A stretch of 64,000 nt of DNA, taken from assembly GCF_052425735.1 (NCBI RefSeq), contig NC_135766.1, forward strand, positions 6,262,001 through 6,326,000. Reading direction: 5' to 3'. Positions 35,583-49,600 of this stretch are shown in pieces. The stretch is from Oculina patagonica. Taxonomy: Eukaryota. The translations under genes and the position numbers were made by a program. The notes beneath the pieces are model-generated. The model was not told the DNA's origin, did no database searches, and saw only the letters and a program-made list of their open reading frames with translations. Position 1 is the stretch's first letter. Each line of letters begins with the position of its first letter.

Positions 35583-36167
35583 TTTAGACTAGAAGGCACC
35601 ACGGCTTCAGTTACAGACACATTGACTATCTTAGTGATGACTGGCAACAAATCAGTGAGACACTCTTTTAGTACTGTTGCTGGAATAGGATCCAGGTCAC
35701 AGGACTTGCGCACAGATTTACCAATAAGCTTCGCTAACTGTACCTCAGTAACAGGCGTGAACTGACGAAGTAGAACATCACTTTGTCGTAAGCACGTATC
35801 AGGGAAAGGATTCTGCTGTTCCATCCTCTTGCAATCTAGTTCTGCTCTTATTGTGCTATCTTCTGTTCAAAATAATCGGCGAATCTGTTTGCTAGTTCTT
35901 CAGAAGAACTACAAGGCGGGTAGAGCTTCTCAGTTCGACCTTTCAGTAGCACCTCCAGAGTCCCAAACAGTTCTTTAGAATCAGACGCAAGTTCACTGAT
36001 AAGCTCTGTGTAGTAGTTTTCCTTAGCCTCACAAATGAGCTTGCGAACAGTTACACACTGCTGTGTGTAGAGTTCTCTGTCTACCGTCAGCCTTGTTTTA
36101 CGCCATCGGCGCTCTAGTCGTCTCCTAATTACCTTCTGCTTTTGAATCTCTGAGGTGAACCAGGGGG
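35583..36167 (-). mobile_element. L2-group LINE 5' part (5'-truncated)
   Basis: PWFTSEI...RRLERRWRKT and KSCDLDPIPATVLKEC...VVPSSL, which joins KASLHPLLKK at ~23135. Confidence 0.92.
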
Positions 36168-36738
36168 GGAGTACGCAAGTGCCTCGTGGGACCCACACCA
36201 CAAAATAGATATTTCAACCCTGGAGAGAGTTCAAAGAAAAGCTGCCCGTTTTTGCCTTCAAAACTTCAACAAAACAGCTAGTGTGACAGACATGTTATCT
36301 GATTTGAAATGGGACACGCTAGAAACAAGACGAAAGAAAAACAGACTGACTCTAATGTACAAACTTAGTCATAACCTAGTAGACATAACTACGGAAAATC
36401 ACTTAATACCAAACAGTGAAAAAAGAACACGCAATAGCCATGCTTTTAAGTATAGGATACCAAAAGTATCTAAGGACGTTTTTAAGTTTTCTGTTTTTTC
36501 CTAGATCAATAACAGAGTGGAACTTACTGCCCGCTGACTTAGTGAATTGCAATTGCAAGTCATTATCGAATTTTAAATTAAATTTAGAGAAGCATGTAAA
36601 CAAGTAAATTGTAACTAAGTATTTTTATATCTTATTTATGCATGTAAATTTTGTTTTTTTATTTTGTATCTATTTTTTATAGTTGATGTGATGTCTTAAA
36701 CGATGTTATCAACTTAATAAATGTAGATGTAGATGTAG
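36168..36738 (+). mobile_element. CR1-group LINE right part with (GTAGAT)n tail
   Basis: EYASASWDPHHKIDISTLERVQRKAARF...FPRSITEWNLLP; GGAGTA duplicated at 21552-21557 and 36168-36173. Confidence 0.88.
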
Positions 36739-36879
36739 AACAGCTAGCCAAGGTACAAAAACCCAGGGTAAAGTCCTTTCTTGTCTTAACCGGCGTTCAA
36801 CTCTAGTTTTTTCGAACCTGTATAACCAGCGCACTCTTTTTTGCCTCCCCGAGCTTCCAGCAAAAAGAGAGTGCCTGAT

Positions 36880-37085
36880 CGCAGGTTACTAAAAGTAGTG
36901 CAACTCCCCCTGGAAGGGATGCTAGTCCATTGCATGTTTAGCGCAGAATTTTGTCTCCAAACAATTCGCCGGGACTCATTTATACACCTGGATGGAGAGA
37001 GGCACTGTGAGAGTGAAGTAACATAACTCAATGACTCCAGCAAGGGCTTGGACTCGGATCACTCGATCCGTAATCCAACGGACTT
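36880..37085 (-). mobile_element. Degenerate SINE-like repeat (related fragments near 712-830, 14300-14380, 42650-42770)
   Basis: ccctggaagggatgctagtccattgca ... catttatacacctggatggagagaggcactgtgagagt resembles cnidarian tRNA-derived SINE bodies; recognised by eye only. Confidence 0.5.
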
Positions 37086-37537
37086 CAACCATTAATTTTC
37101 GTGAGGAGATTGGGACATCAAATATTTTCCACGCCTCGATCAGTCTGATTGTTACATTCATGTATTAGCTGTCTAGATTTTCTTATGATACGGTTGCCAT
37201 CTTTTAATATTCGACAGCACAAAATTGCAATTTCACTGTTTGATGTTATACCAGTTTCAGTTTGCCGCTGGCGCTATTTTTGATGGCGTGTATCTTTTCA
37301 AATTCAAAACATCACGCTTCGCCTCGGCGCGCAATCAAAACAACTTTACAAAGTCAATATTTGAACTCCAGTTTACTTGTAATGGACTTTCATGCCAGCA
37401 TGATGTGGTTTTGTCTAAGTTGAAGAGCTAGATGAAATATTAATCGAATCTCTTTTATCTATTCAAACTCGCCCGCCGAAACAATAGCCGGACAAATGCC
37501 CTGTGTAATTGAGCCCTTTTCGCAGCCCAACAGATCA

Positions 37538-37551
37538 ATTGCTATGGAAAC
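37538..37551. promoter_or_regulatory. RFX X-box-like motif upstream of the CCP gene
   Basis: ATTGCTATGGAAAC, 135 bp before the ATG. Confidence 0.5.
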
Positions 37552-37685
37552 AACAAGCTTATTCGTCTGTGGGCATTTTTTCGGGCAGACACACGCTATG
37601 TTTGAACGGTACACTATGATTATTGCTTGCTTTTGAAATATTTTTGTCATTATTAATCCGCGAAGCGTTGACTTTTTGACGCGAG

Positions 37686-40600
37686 ATGTCTGTGGAAAAA
37701 TCCGTCGAGCTGAAAGATAATGCGGAGTCATTCAGGAACAAGCACAAGGGTAGCGCTTACGCACTGGTCGAACAAACTGCCGAGGGTTTCCTCGCGGACG
37801 GACTTTGGAAGTCAAAACGCGAAGAGGATCTGCAGCGTGAAATAGAACTGATGTCTACAGAAAAAGCTAAGCGTTTATTTGAAGATGAGAAAGACAGAAA
37901 GGCTTGGGTGGCAGCGATTAAAAAATCCGTAGAGCAAAGTATACAATCTCAAGTACGGGCTGCTCTGGGTACACCACCGGGAGAGAAGCGAAAGAAATTA
38001 TACGAGCAAAGGCTTGCTGAAGAAAGACGAAGGAGGGAAATGGAGATCGAAAACAGTGACAAACAAAGAACAACAGAAAACCGTAATTATAGCTATCCGT
38101 CTTTTCATGATGACGACGGGATACTGTTTCAAAGACGTCAACAATATTTGCAAAAGTATGCGATGAGACGAACGATGAGATCTCTCACCTTCGACAAAAC
38201 CGCCTCACGAACAACTCATCACGGCTTCGATTCAGACAGCGATATAGATCCCTTATCCAGCGAATTTAATAAACGTTTTAGCATCTACACGCGAGCAGCT
38301 TTAGAGAATGCGGGTAAAACGTGCGCCAACTCAAGCACCGCTCCTGTTTATAAACGCTCTGCGGGTTGTATATGGGTTGATCACAATGGCGACCAACATG
38401 ACATCCCCGGACCGTTTTGGCCGAAGGATCACTTACCGCGATTCTCATGCCAGAAACACATTCATTTTATTCCCGATTTTGTCGAAAGGTTGAACACGGA
38501 AGGTATGTGAGACTCATTAAGATTAAAATTCGCCATGCATGCTATTAAAACAAACTCATTTGTTTACCAATGGATTTACATTTCACACTGACTTCTCGCC
38601 TTGTTATAACTCGTGTGGTAATTACATATGTTGGCACTCACTTTACAGCTTATAAGGGAAGTCTAAACGTCAGTGATGGAATAAAAGAAACAAAGTGTTT
38701 TGTGAATGATGTTCGTGTGATATTCAGGCGAAAGTACGGTACTTCAAACAGTGCAATTAACAAGTCACGCATACGAAATCTACATTTGCGTTTAGCGGAT
38801 TGAATTACAAATTCAATTTTTGTTGAGTTTATCGAAGACTTGAAACATGAGAGGAAGTATTCACGTTTGATACTGCGTATCCGCGTTCCATCAAACTGAA
38901 AATCTTTTAGTGGCAGATATTCTACAATTCATGTAATATTCCTGACAAAATGTTGCTCTTATAAGTTTCACGCAATAACGAGGGATACAGAGTAAACATA
39001 TTGTCACGAACCCGACACCAAGCGACATCATTGTTTATTCTAAACATCTTTCAAACATTACGTACATTGCTATGGATGGTCTGCTCTAACAAAAATATTC
39101 TAATTATGAAAACTTGATCTTAGTGTAAATGGGCTGTAAAATACTAGCCGCCTCTCATTTGCTCCCGCTACTACGTATGAGAGGCGGCTGTATTCGCAGG
39201 CTAGTAAAATATTAGCAAGACATTCTCTCGATTTGTTGATTTTATTAATGAATTATGTTCCAGAAAATTATCTTATTGTATGAGGGTTTTTAATGCTCTT
39301 GAAAGAATCCAAAATTTGCACCATAATTTTTAAGAAAATGTTAGGTAAGGGGTTGTAGTCATGGGAGTTTTGTATTGCCCAAGAATGCATACAATAAGAT
39401 GGTGATAATGATGATGACAATAACAACTAAATACTCCATGGGGAAGGGGAGGGTTGAGCTGGGTACACCATAATATTTTTGGTGTGGGTAGATCCATTGT
39501 ACCACTGTGCTCCTTTGACCCAAAATGTCTTTTCCCCAGACACTTGCCTAATGGCTAATGTATTGTATAGCATTGGCACTGATAAGTTTTCTGGCTCCTC
39601 CAGGATTGGGGCAGGTTTTCATCCCACATAATATGACCACTAGATCACCTTACCTCTCAAATATCTCACTAATCTGACATTCTTAGAAGCTATGTCAAAT
39701 GATTTTTTTGACTGAACAGAACTGCTTTTGTATTTCAGCAGAAAACTCCAACACTGCACACAGAGGGAGCAATGAGAATTTACTGTACCCTCAACAGTGG
39801 CGTGGAAACTTCACCGTCTATGAAAGACAAAATAAGGGGCAGGTATGCTATGCCCAGAACACATTTTAAACTGCTAAATTAAAATTTTAGATATCTTTAC
39901 TTTTTAGAATTTATATAATTTTTAAAACAGGTAGGTAAAGGTATCGAGTTACCTAATCCTCTTAAAAATATAAAACAGTAATATATAGATTTAGGCAGGC
40001 CTAAAAGCGGAGCTCCCCATTTATTTAATTTTCACTGGAGCTTACAATGTTTTCATTCTGGCGAATAAGCGGCCAATGTTCTAATGTTAAGGGTGGTTTA
40101 TAGGTGCAAGACAAATTTAAATCGCTCACGGTTAAATAATTTTCTTAAAGCAGGGCAAATGCCGTAACTCATGGCACGAAAAATTACTTAAGAGTACAGT
40201 AAATTATCTGCTTTCTAGCAATAGAAAATAGTTTCGCAATCCTGTTATAGTTTCGCTTACAAAAGAGAGCTTTATGCTTCTGTCCCTTCCAAAAATGCTG
40301 ATGTCCCTCCAAAAATGCTTGAAAACTTGTAGGAACAGAATTTTTCCTCCATAATCGCTAAGAATCAAAGAGCTCTTCGAGCCAGAACTGAATTTTTTCA
40401 CCAAGTATATTTGGTTTTCATACCTTGAACATATATGAGCAGCAGGTGATTCTAGATACATCCATCGTTGATGAAGCTCATGTGAAACCCGATTTAGCTT
40501 TCGAATGCTCCTTCATGTATGACGCTAGCTCTACAGATAGACACAAAAGTCATCGATTGCTTATGGCTCTCAATGTCCACTTTTTTGGCGGTAGATTACT

Positions 40601-43600
40601 TTCTACACGTAATTGTCAGCAACATTTTGTTTCTTAGCTTGTTGTTTTTCTTGTCAAACCCCTTTAAATTTTAAAGGCCGCCTTTATACGGCCGTCTTGC
40701 TTCACTCTTTCTACCATCAAACTATGGCCGCCATGTTGCACGACGTACGTACGTCGTACGCGCCCGCGAACCATGCCGCTAGCCATGATGACCATGAAAA
40801 ACCAAAAGCATGGTTCTGTTAATTTTCTATGTGTATGGGGCTCTGCTCTGGGAGCTCCGCTAAAAAGATTTTGGTTATTCATCTTGGGCTCTTTTCATAG
40901 ATCAGATGTTTTTTGACTTTAGTTCTGAGAATACATGTAGGCCCTTTGCAGCTGGGGTCACATGACCAAATTTTTTATTTGAAAAAATTGTTTTATGGGC
41001 TACAACTTAAAGAATGCCAGAAATGGAAAGAGCAAAAAAGTGCTTGCTGGAAGGCAAGACCTTGAATTCCAGCAACAATTTTCATACTACCGGTAATCTT
41101 CATTTTCAAACCTTCTTAAAATCCCATTCCTTTATGGCAGGGGCCTCAAACTTGGCCATTTTGCTATTTTGACATGCTCTTTTAATTTCTGGCATTCTTT
41201 AAGTTATAGCCCATAATTTTATGAAAAGAAGGTCATGTGACAGCCTAGCTGCAAAGCGTCTACCTTATTACATGAAATTTTCGCGACACGTTAATTTCGC
41301 GAATTTCGCGATTCCAAAAAAATCGCGAAATTAAAGTAACGCGAACAATAAGTGTCGCGAACATAACATGACGCGAAAATTAAGTGACAAACATTATGTC
41401 AATAATCAAGAAGGAATAAGTTTATTACCACTGAACGAAGGAATTTTCAATGTAAATGGATGTTGTCGTCAATTGACTCAAGAACAATAACTCGCGTACA
41501 GGCATGACCTACTTGTAGACATTGTGAGAACTGCTCTGTTGTTGCTATTGCCGAGATTTAGTCCCACCCTTGTGGTTTTGTTAATTTTGACGTTACTGTT
41601 CCTTTGATGAAGTCGGTTTTTTTAGTTGAACAGCCATGTAAAATAATATTGCCAAGGAAATGTAAATTGTGTCTTACTCAAAAACGCGAAATTAAAGTGA
41701 TTCAAAATACAAAATTTTCGCAAAATCGCGAAAATTAAGTGTCGCGAAATATGCGCACCTCAAAATCGCGAAATTAACGTGTCGCGAAAATTTCATGTAA
41801 TAAGGTATTTAGTGATACATCAAGAAAACATTGCCTAATTGATTGATAATATATTGATATTGTCAGGAGAAATTAAATGTTGATAACTCTTGGGGGGAGG
41901 GTACAGTGAGGGTGAGTGAATACTTAATTAATCGCATGGTGATGTTTCCTTTATTTGTGCCACAGGGTACCCACAGTCATGTTGTCCCACCTGGGTGCCC
42001 TCCAAGCCTCACATTTGAATCAAGGTTTGAATGTGGAAACCTGAAGCAGGCTAAGAGAGTGTAAGTACAAAATAATCCTCTTGAAAACAGGGTTGGTAAA
42101 TTGGAACATGCCCACTCGCCCAGGCGAGTGTGAAAACTGTCGGACCAGTACAAATCACGGATCACTCGCCCGGTTTGGCGAGTACAGTTTTCAATATATT
42201 ATTCAAAATAAGCGGAACTTTTACTTTCCACTTTAAAATAATCTACACTGTCCATAAGCTGATAGCTTACCGACATTTTGAAATCTCCATCAAAGCTATT
42301 TGCTTGTGTGCTCCGGCTTTTATTGTGGAGTAAGGTCTATTTTCGGCAACTTTTCATTTAAAAAATAAGCTTAGATTGCAGCAGTCTGTATCGTGATCGA
42401 CCACTACGGTGGCACAGTGAGTATAAAATTTGCTTAAAAATAAATCTTTAAGTTGTATACATTTTATTTTTCGTGGGGGGAGGGGGGCTAAATTTTCCTT
42501 TTTTAATGGAGGAGACTGGGCGAGTGAAAACTGATCTGGGCGAGTGCAATTTGAAGGTCACTCGCCCAGATGGCGATTGCTCTGAAATTTTAGTTTCCAA
42601 CCCTGTGAAAATAACCCTTTTATTGTCAAGCTCTCAGAATTAGTTATGGTTATAGTGTGCTGGACTTCCAATCAAGCTGTCTGAGTTCAAGCTCTATCTA
42701 GAGTCATTGTGTTGCTTTCTCCAGGGCAAGACACTTTGCTCTCAGAGTACCTCTCTTCGCCCAGGAAAACATAAATTATGTGTCCTTACAAACACCCATG
42801 GCGGCCCTATACCCACATAGGGTTATGGCAATAAGTCAGACAAACACCCAGGTGAAACAGATGGAGATGCTCATCAGAAAGTTTGAACTATACCCCTAAA
42901 GGAGACCAATCCTAGTGTGGCTTAAGCTTTTTTTAACTAGAATTGATATTTCTATATGTCTTCATGTGTATACACTGAGACCTTGGTGGCTACAAAGATT
43001 GGTATTTTGCCCAGAACACCCTTATTGATGATGCTTACCAGAGTTAAGCACAGCAGGTTTATTGAGACGCTAGGTTTAAAAGAAGTGACCAACCCTGGGT
43101 ACCAGAGAGAAAGTATCTTGAGCAGAGTGTCTGGTAACCAGTATAAATTTTAAAGCAGGCCCTTTGTAAACAATGCTGTTCTCATCCTTCTGTTTTAGTG
43201 GAAGTTATGAATATGATTTGCTTCTGAGTTGTGACTTGTACACCAAGCGACACATGCAATGGTGAGTTAACTTTAAATGTTTATCACTGTTTTAACTGAC
43301 TCGTACATACAATAATTCAAAACTAAGAGGTGATCTTTCCTATATAATTCCAATGAGTGTTTTTCTCAACTGAAGCTTATCCCCAGTTGTATATTTTTTT
43401 GATTTTTCCCATGGAAATTAGCCATTAACGGGCCTCAAAAGCCCGTTTAAGAAGACGGTTTTTTTACCCCTTCTTTCACCCATTTTGCAAACAGTAAAAA
43501 AAAGACTATCAGCCTCATTCCCAGACGGTGCGTGGTCGCTGAGGACATAGAGTTAGAACATGCAACCTCTAACCATCGGATTTACCACCCTTTAGTGTAA

Positions 43601-46600
43601 ATAACTTTGGTATTTTTATTATGTAAAATAAGACTCTTTATTGTTCACTGTAGGTATTACTTCCGTGTTCAAAACATGGTACCTGGTGTTGTTTACAAGT
43701 TCAACATCATTAATCTGCTGAAGAAAGACAGTTTGTACAATTACGGTAAGTGTTTACGTTTGACTAAGTGGAACAAAGATAATCCCGTTCTGAAAAGTTG
43801 TCTGAGCCCTCGATGATGTTTTTTCTCGGCATAGGCGTACGGGCAATTTTTTGCCAGGGGGGGCGGTGAGACATTTGCCCAAAAAATTCTCGCAAATTGC
43901 CCAAATTTTTACGAAACAGTCGAAAAGAAACGAGGGTCATACGATGAACTAACATAGGCTTACAAATGAAGTGAAAAATTCTTACATAAGAATCTACGAT
44001 AACATTGTTGGATTTTGTTCGTTCTAACTTTTCAAAAAACAAATAATAATAAAAAAGAGGCGGCCCCAAAAATGTAGCGGGTGGGGACGAGAAACATTTG
44101 GGTTTTTTTAACTTGGTCTTACTGACACGTTGTCGCCCCATCACGTGCTGCGGAGGTATTAAATCCGCGCACACGACGAAAACTCGCGCACATTTTCTGC
44201 TCAGCTTTCAGAATCTCGCCGTCGATTTTGTAAAATTTAGCAACGCGAAGAAGCTTTTTTTTATCAGGTGTTTAACTGTGACAGATATTTGCAGTAGAGT
44301 GCTCAACAGTAAAACAAAATTACAAATATGTATATACCTAATTGAAGAAACGTTGACCTCTTGAAAAGCATAAACCATGAACGATATGACCCGATGGTAT
44401 TCTGGGTAGACAGCTTTGGTTAGCTCAGTAATATTCTTTTTATTGATAATCAAAGTTTTTTCTTTCTTTAAGAGCCTTGGGAGCATGACTAATACAACCG
44501 GTCTTATTATCATGCTTATTCTGTCAAATACAACAATTATTTTTTCGATTTCCCAATAAACATTTGGGTCACATCGTTCATGGTTTATGCTTTTCATGGG
44601 TCAACCATTCTTTAATCAGGTATATCAACAAATGATCCCCTTCACTATTAACCAGAAGCTCATCAGGTGCTAAGCAACCACTGTCTTATGTGAATTTAAC
44701 TGGCTTTAACACGCCGACTTCAGGTTAAAATAGAAATTATCTATCTCTTCGAAAAAAAAAACTTCTTTAAAAACTAGCTTTGCCCAAATTTCTCTTGTTG
44801 CCCAAAAAATCTGACTTGCCCAAAATTTGGGGGGGCTGCAGCCCCCCCTGCCCCCCCGGCCCGTACGCCTATGTTTCTCGGTCAGAGACGTTACTTAGCG
44901 GCGTGGCATCGCCGTGAAGGCGAGATCGTGACGACACGAAATGACATCAGAGAATGCTCGGGTGCTCGGGCTTGTTTTCGACTGGAACTGATTCTTTGCG
45001 CTCACAGGCTATTAGACTAGAAGCAAAGAAAATGTTTTCTTGTGGCGAAAAGAGAACTGACAGCAATAGATAGCTAGTTTTAGATCTGGGAAAAAAATAA
45101 TTGTCCATTAAAATCCTATTTTGATCAGTTATTTTTATTTAGGTCACTCGCGTAGGAAAGTCTGAAAATAAAACAGTCCCAGATATGACAGATATGGTTT
45201 GAATTTAAAACCTTCTCACACCAATCGAACTAACTTTTAGCTCACCAGGAGTTCTCAGTACATTCAAAGCTTACGATGTTTCCTCATTCCAGGAATGAAG
45301 CCGTTGTTGTACTCCGAGCGAGAGGCTACGGTCAGAGGCCTGGGTTGGAAAAGAGTCGGCTTTCACATTAGTTATTACAAGACTTCATCTTACAAGAATC
45401 CTCTACTGCAACGGGAATACGTTTATTACACTCTCACATTTTACATGGTAAGATTTTGTTGATATTCTTTTGCTCTGTTATACATAGCAGCCACTCAGCA
45501 GTTATGGTACTGCTATTGGGACTTCGATGATCAAAATTCTTGTCTTGTTGCCCTATTAGTGTATTATAAGGAATTCACTTCGGTAGGCTTTACAGTGGAA
45601 CTCGTTTCAGTTTTCAATCGCTTTTTGCCTACGTTTTATAACGTTTCTGTTTGTTTTCTTATCTGCCATTCAAAAACTAATTACCCCAGGTGCACTTATC
45701 GTTGACTGGCTACTTTGACATCTTTGCCGTTAAGACCAATCCTGATTTCAGGAAGCTAAGACACTGTGTCTCGTTGCCGCAGGCTCGTGAGGATTCCTGG
45801 CAACTTATAGCTGGTAGAAGAGAGGTTTATAGTGGTTCCTAAAAACACAACTGGTGCAGAACCTGTTTTTAACGCAAACATTCTTAGCGCACTGGTGTCA
45901 AGCGTGGGAAAACGTTTTAAACTTTTCTAATTTAATTCCTTTTCGCTTTTGGAGAATGGATCATCGTCTGAAAACTATCTATAAATGTTATCTTTGCTTA
46001 GATATTTATTGACGGTGTTGTGCTTGATTTTCAGGTGTTTCCACACGAGGGCGACACATGTTACTTAGCTCACTGTTATCCGTACTCCTACACTGATCTG
46101 GAGCTGTATTTACGATCCATCATCGACAATCCAAAGATCTCACAGCATGTTCAGAAAGAGGTAACTGAGCTATGAGCATTAAAAGAAATTTAAAAAAAAT
46201 ACTCTTAAAACTTCTTGGCGTGAATGGAGGGGGCCGTAAAGGTTTGCGGTATTGCGGTTTCGCGTTATTTTATGGTGCGGTTTTCCGGACATTTTTTAAT
46301 TTTAAACTGCGGTTTTACGGTTTACTAGACTATACGGTTTGCGGTATGTGAAAATGTTTTGGTTAAATTTAATGCGGCGTTGCGGTTTTTGAAAGTTTTC
46401 TGTGTGGTTTTAATGGTTATCGTACCCCTTTAAGCGCCCCCTATGAATATACAGACCTGTGTCTTCGCTGTTGACCTTCATCTTGATACTGACAGGACTG
46501 ACACATGAAATCTCTTCACTTTTCACAGGTGTTGTGTAAAACCATGGCTGGAAACAACTGTTATGTGTTGACCGTTACATCGTCCCAAGGTAAGCCTTAG

Positions 46601-49600
46601 CTTTTCAAGACATGGATCTCAACTTGTTTTAACAGTAAAAGGAAACCAGATACAATGAAACCTCCAATACAATCGTGAACCCGCCTTTTCTAAAGAAAGT
46701 AGAGAAATATATCACGTTTGTTTTTACCGCGAATGACAAAAAACCAACTCTCTTTTTCGGGTCGAACTTCAGACTTCTATCTCGCTCGGAAAAAAGGGGT
46801 CAGTATTCAGACTAGTAGTAGTAGCGTCTTTATTTATAGAGGATTATTTATAGAGACTGCTTCTTAGGACGTCCTGATTTTCTTTTCCAGTTCCCGAAAG
46901 CGAGAAGCTTGGTGTAGTTATAAGCGCCAGAGTACATCCGGGAGAGACAAACGCCAGCTGGATGATGAAAGGCATGTTGGACTTTCTGACCAGCGGTCAT
47001 CACATTGCAGAGGTAATGAATAGTTTCCAGTCCCTATTGCGAACATGGCCTGATTAACAAACTGCGTCAACACTGATTTTCTGTTTCTTAGTAAGTTTAC
47101 ACAAGTAATTCACGCTTGTTTTTGCTCTCGCCTTTTGTTGGAATGATGCGCGGCAGACCGTTACTACGTGACAAAGTTTTGACACATTTTAGATGTTATT
47201 GACAACTTGCTGATAGCTTCCGTTTAGTTTGACCAATCATATTGTAAGAAGTTTTTTTCTCGGGTGAGGGGGGGGGGGGGGGGGGGGAGTTGACATGACA
47301 AATTTTAGATGCACTGGAACTGAAACAAACGCAGGCGCGTGTTTCAATCTCAACCCCGCCCTTACACTTGGATTTGCATTGGTCAAATGAGTGTCATAAA
47401 CGATGTAAGATATGAATCAAAAACTTTGTAGAGCGACAAAGGTTCGGCGTGCATCATTATCAATTTAATGGCGCAAAAAATGAATCATTTACTGCGTATT
47501 TTAAAACAATTTTTTTATTTATATGATAAATGCAAATCGATGAAATTGGCCTCCCGAGAGCGAAAAAAAAAATTTTTTCAGGTCTTCAGTAGTGTAAGAC
47601 CGCTTATTTATATTTTCACTGCTACTGCTGGACACACATTCATTAATTTTTTTATTCTTCTGTGGACAGAAACTCCGCCGGAAGTTCGTGTTCAAGCTTG
47701 TACCGATGCTGAATCCAGATGGTGTGATTGTCGGTAACTACAGAACGAACCTGGCCGCGAGGGACCTGAACAGGACTTACAAAGACCCAAAGAAGGTGAT
47801 TTGATATTTTGACTTTGTAGAAAGTGAATATTGAACGGTATATACCAGGCAAATGAACTTTAGTTTGTGTTTACCTTAAACGTTTTTTTTTAACCTTTTT
47901 TAAAGGAGAGTTTTCCAACTGTTTGGCACATGAAGAATATGTTGGAATCTTTCAAAAAGGACCATCAGGTGAGGGACTCTAAAGTAATCCTCAATAATAC
48001 ACGTTTTCAACACGATTATTCGCTTAGTAGGGGGTGTGGGTTCAAGCAATCTTGATGTCTGTGCCTGTACGATTCCAGTGTCCAACCCTCACACCCAAAA
48101 AAGAAAAGAAACGAAGGGGGAAATGGAAACAAATTGCTCGAAAAATTGCGCATTAAATGGTTCACATGCATTACGTGCTATTAAAGGAAACTACTGCCAT
48201 TTCCAATCAAGTTTTGCCGTATTTTATTTTAACACAGCTATTGAAAGTGACGTTTGAACCAAGTTTGTTTTCTATAATTTTAGTTGAAAGTGCTGACTTA
48301 TCTGGTTATTTAAAGTAACTGGTTTACATTAGAAATGTTTTATTTCAGGTCATTATCTATTGTGATCTTCATGGCCACAGCCGCAAGCCAAATGTCTTCA
48401 TGTACGGCTGCACGGCGGATCCCAAGATGGCGTCCATGAGCAATTTTGTAGAAGAGCGGCTTTTTCCCTGGATGATGTCACAAAAGGTAAAAAGATGGAC
48501 CCGTAATGCGGTTATTAATTGTTTTGTGCAGTTGTTACCATTTATATTTTTTACGGGTCTGCTTGACTGTTAAAAAGGTGAATTCAAGGTAAAGAGAGAA
48601 ATTCAATGCTCCGCTGATTAGCCTTGTGACATGTTTCGGCCCACTGTGAACGCAGTATTAAACTGTTTAATTCAGTATTAAAGTTTTTTTTTCTTGTTTT
48701 CGTTGCCCCAGGCTCCTGACAAGTTCTCGTTCAGCGGGTGTAAGTTCCGTGTGCGCAAGTGCAAAGAGTCAACAGCTCGTGTTGTGATGTGGCGTCAAAT
48801 GGGAATAACGAACAGCTTTACAATGGAGGCCACCTTCTGTGGCGCGAACTTCGGCGACATGTAAGTGAAAGATTGTGCATTGCTATTTATGATATAGATA
48901 TAATCTAAAACGCAATATGATTGGCTAATAACGAAACCGACCATATAATTTCAACTATGTTTTTCTGGACTTAACTTCATTATCTAAAATACATTTTCCT
49001 GCTTTTAGTTTTTAAGTTTTTTAGCTGTATACTGTGGTGCGATCATTGGTGGGTTTGGTTGTTCATTACGATCTTTGTCTTCACAGGGAGAGAGGCAGGC
49101 ATTTTCACGTGGGTGACTTTGAAGAGATGGGTCGCCATTTTTGTGAAGTCTTGTTGGAGTACTCAGAAGCAAAGAACGGCAATCGGTAAGAGAAGTTATT
49201 ATCCAACTCCGCCTAGTGGAATACAAATAATGGCGAGTCTAGTTCAGATACCTGACGGTATTTGTACTCTACAAGACCGGTTTAACAGGATCTGTGTAGC
49301 CCTCTTATTCCTGCTAACTGCGCGTACCATTAAAAAACGGGGAAATTAAGATATATAGAATATATAAAATATACGTTCACGATACTACACACTAAAATGT
49401 CTAATAAGATTGATGTCATCACAAACGATAATAATTCCATAGTTGCAAACAAATCAGGTCTTTTAGTACGTAAAAAGACGGCGCAAGTTGTATCATGCAC
49501 AAGTCATGTCTCGGATATTGACTGAGCCCTCAGTCAAAGATGTTGCCAAGCAACATGACGTATTCAATATGACGTCATGCCCACGAGACAACTCTCCAGC

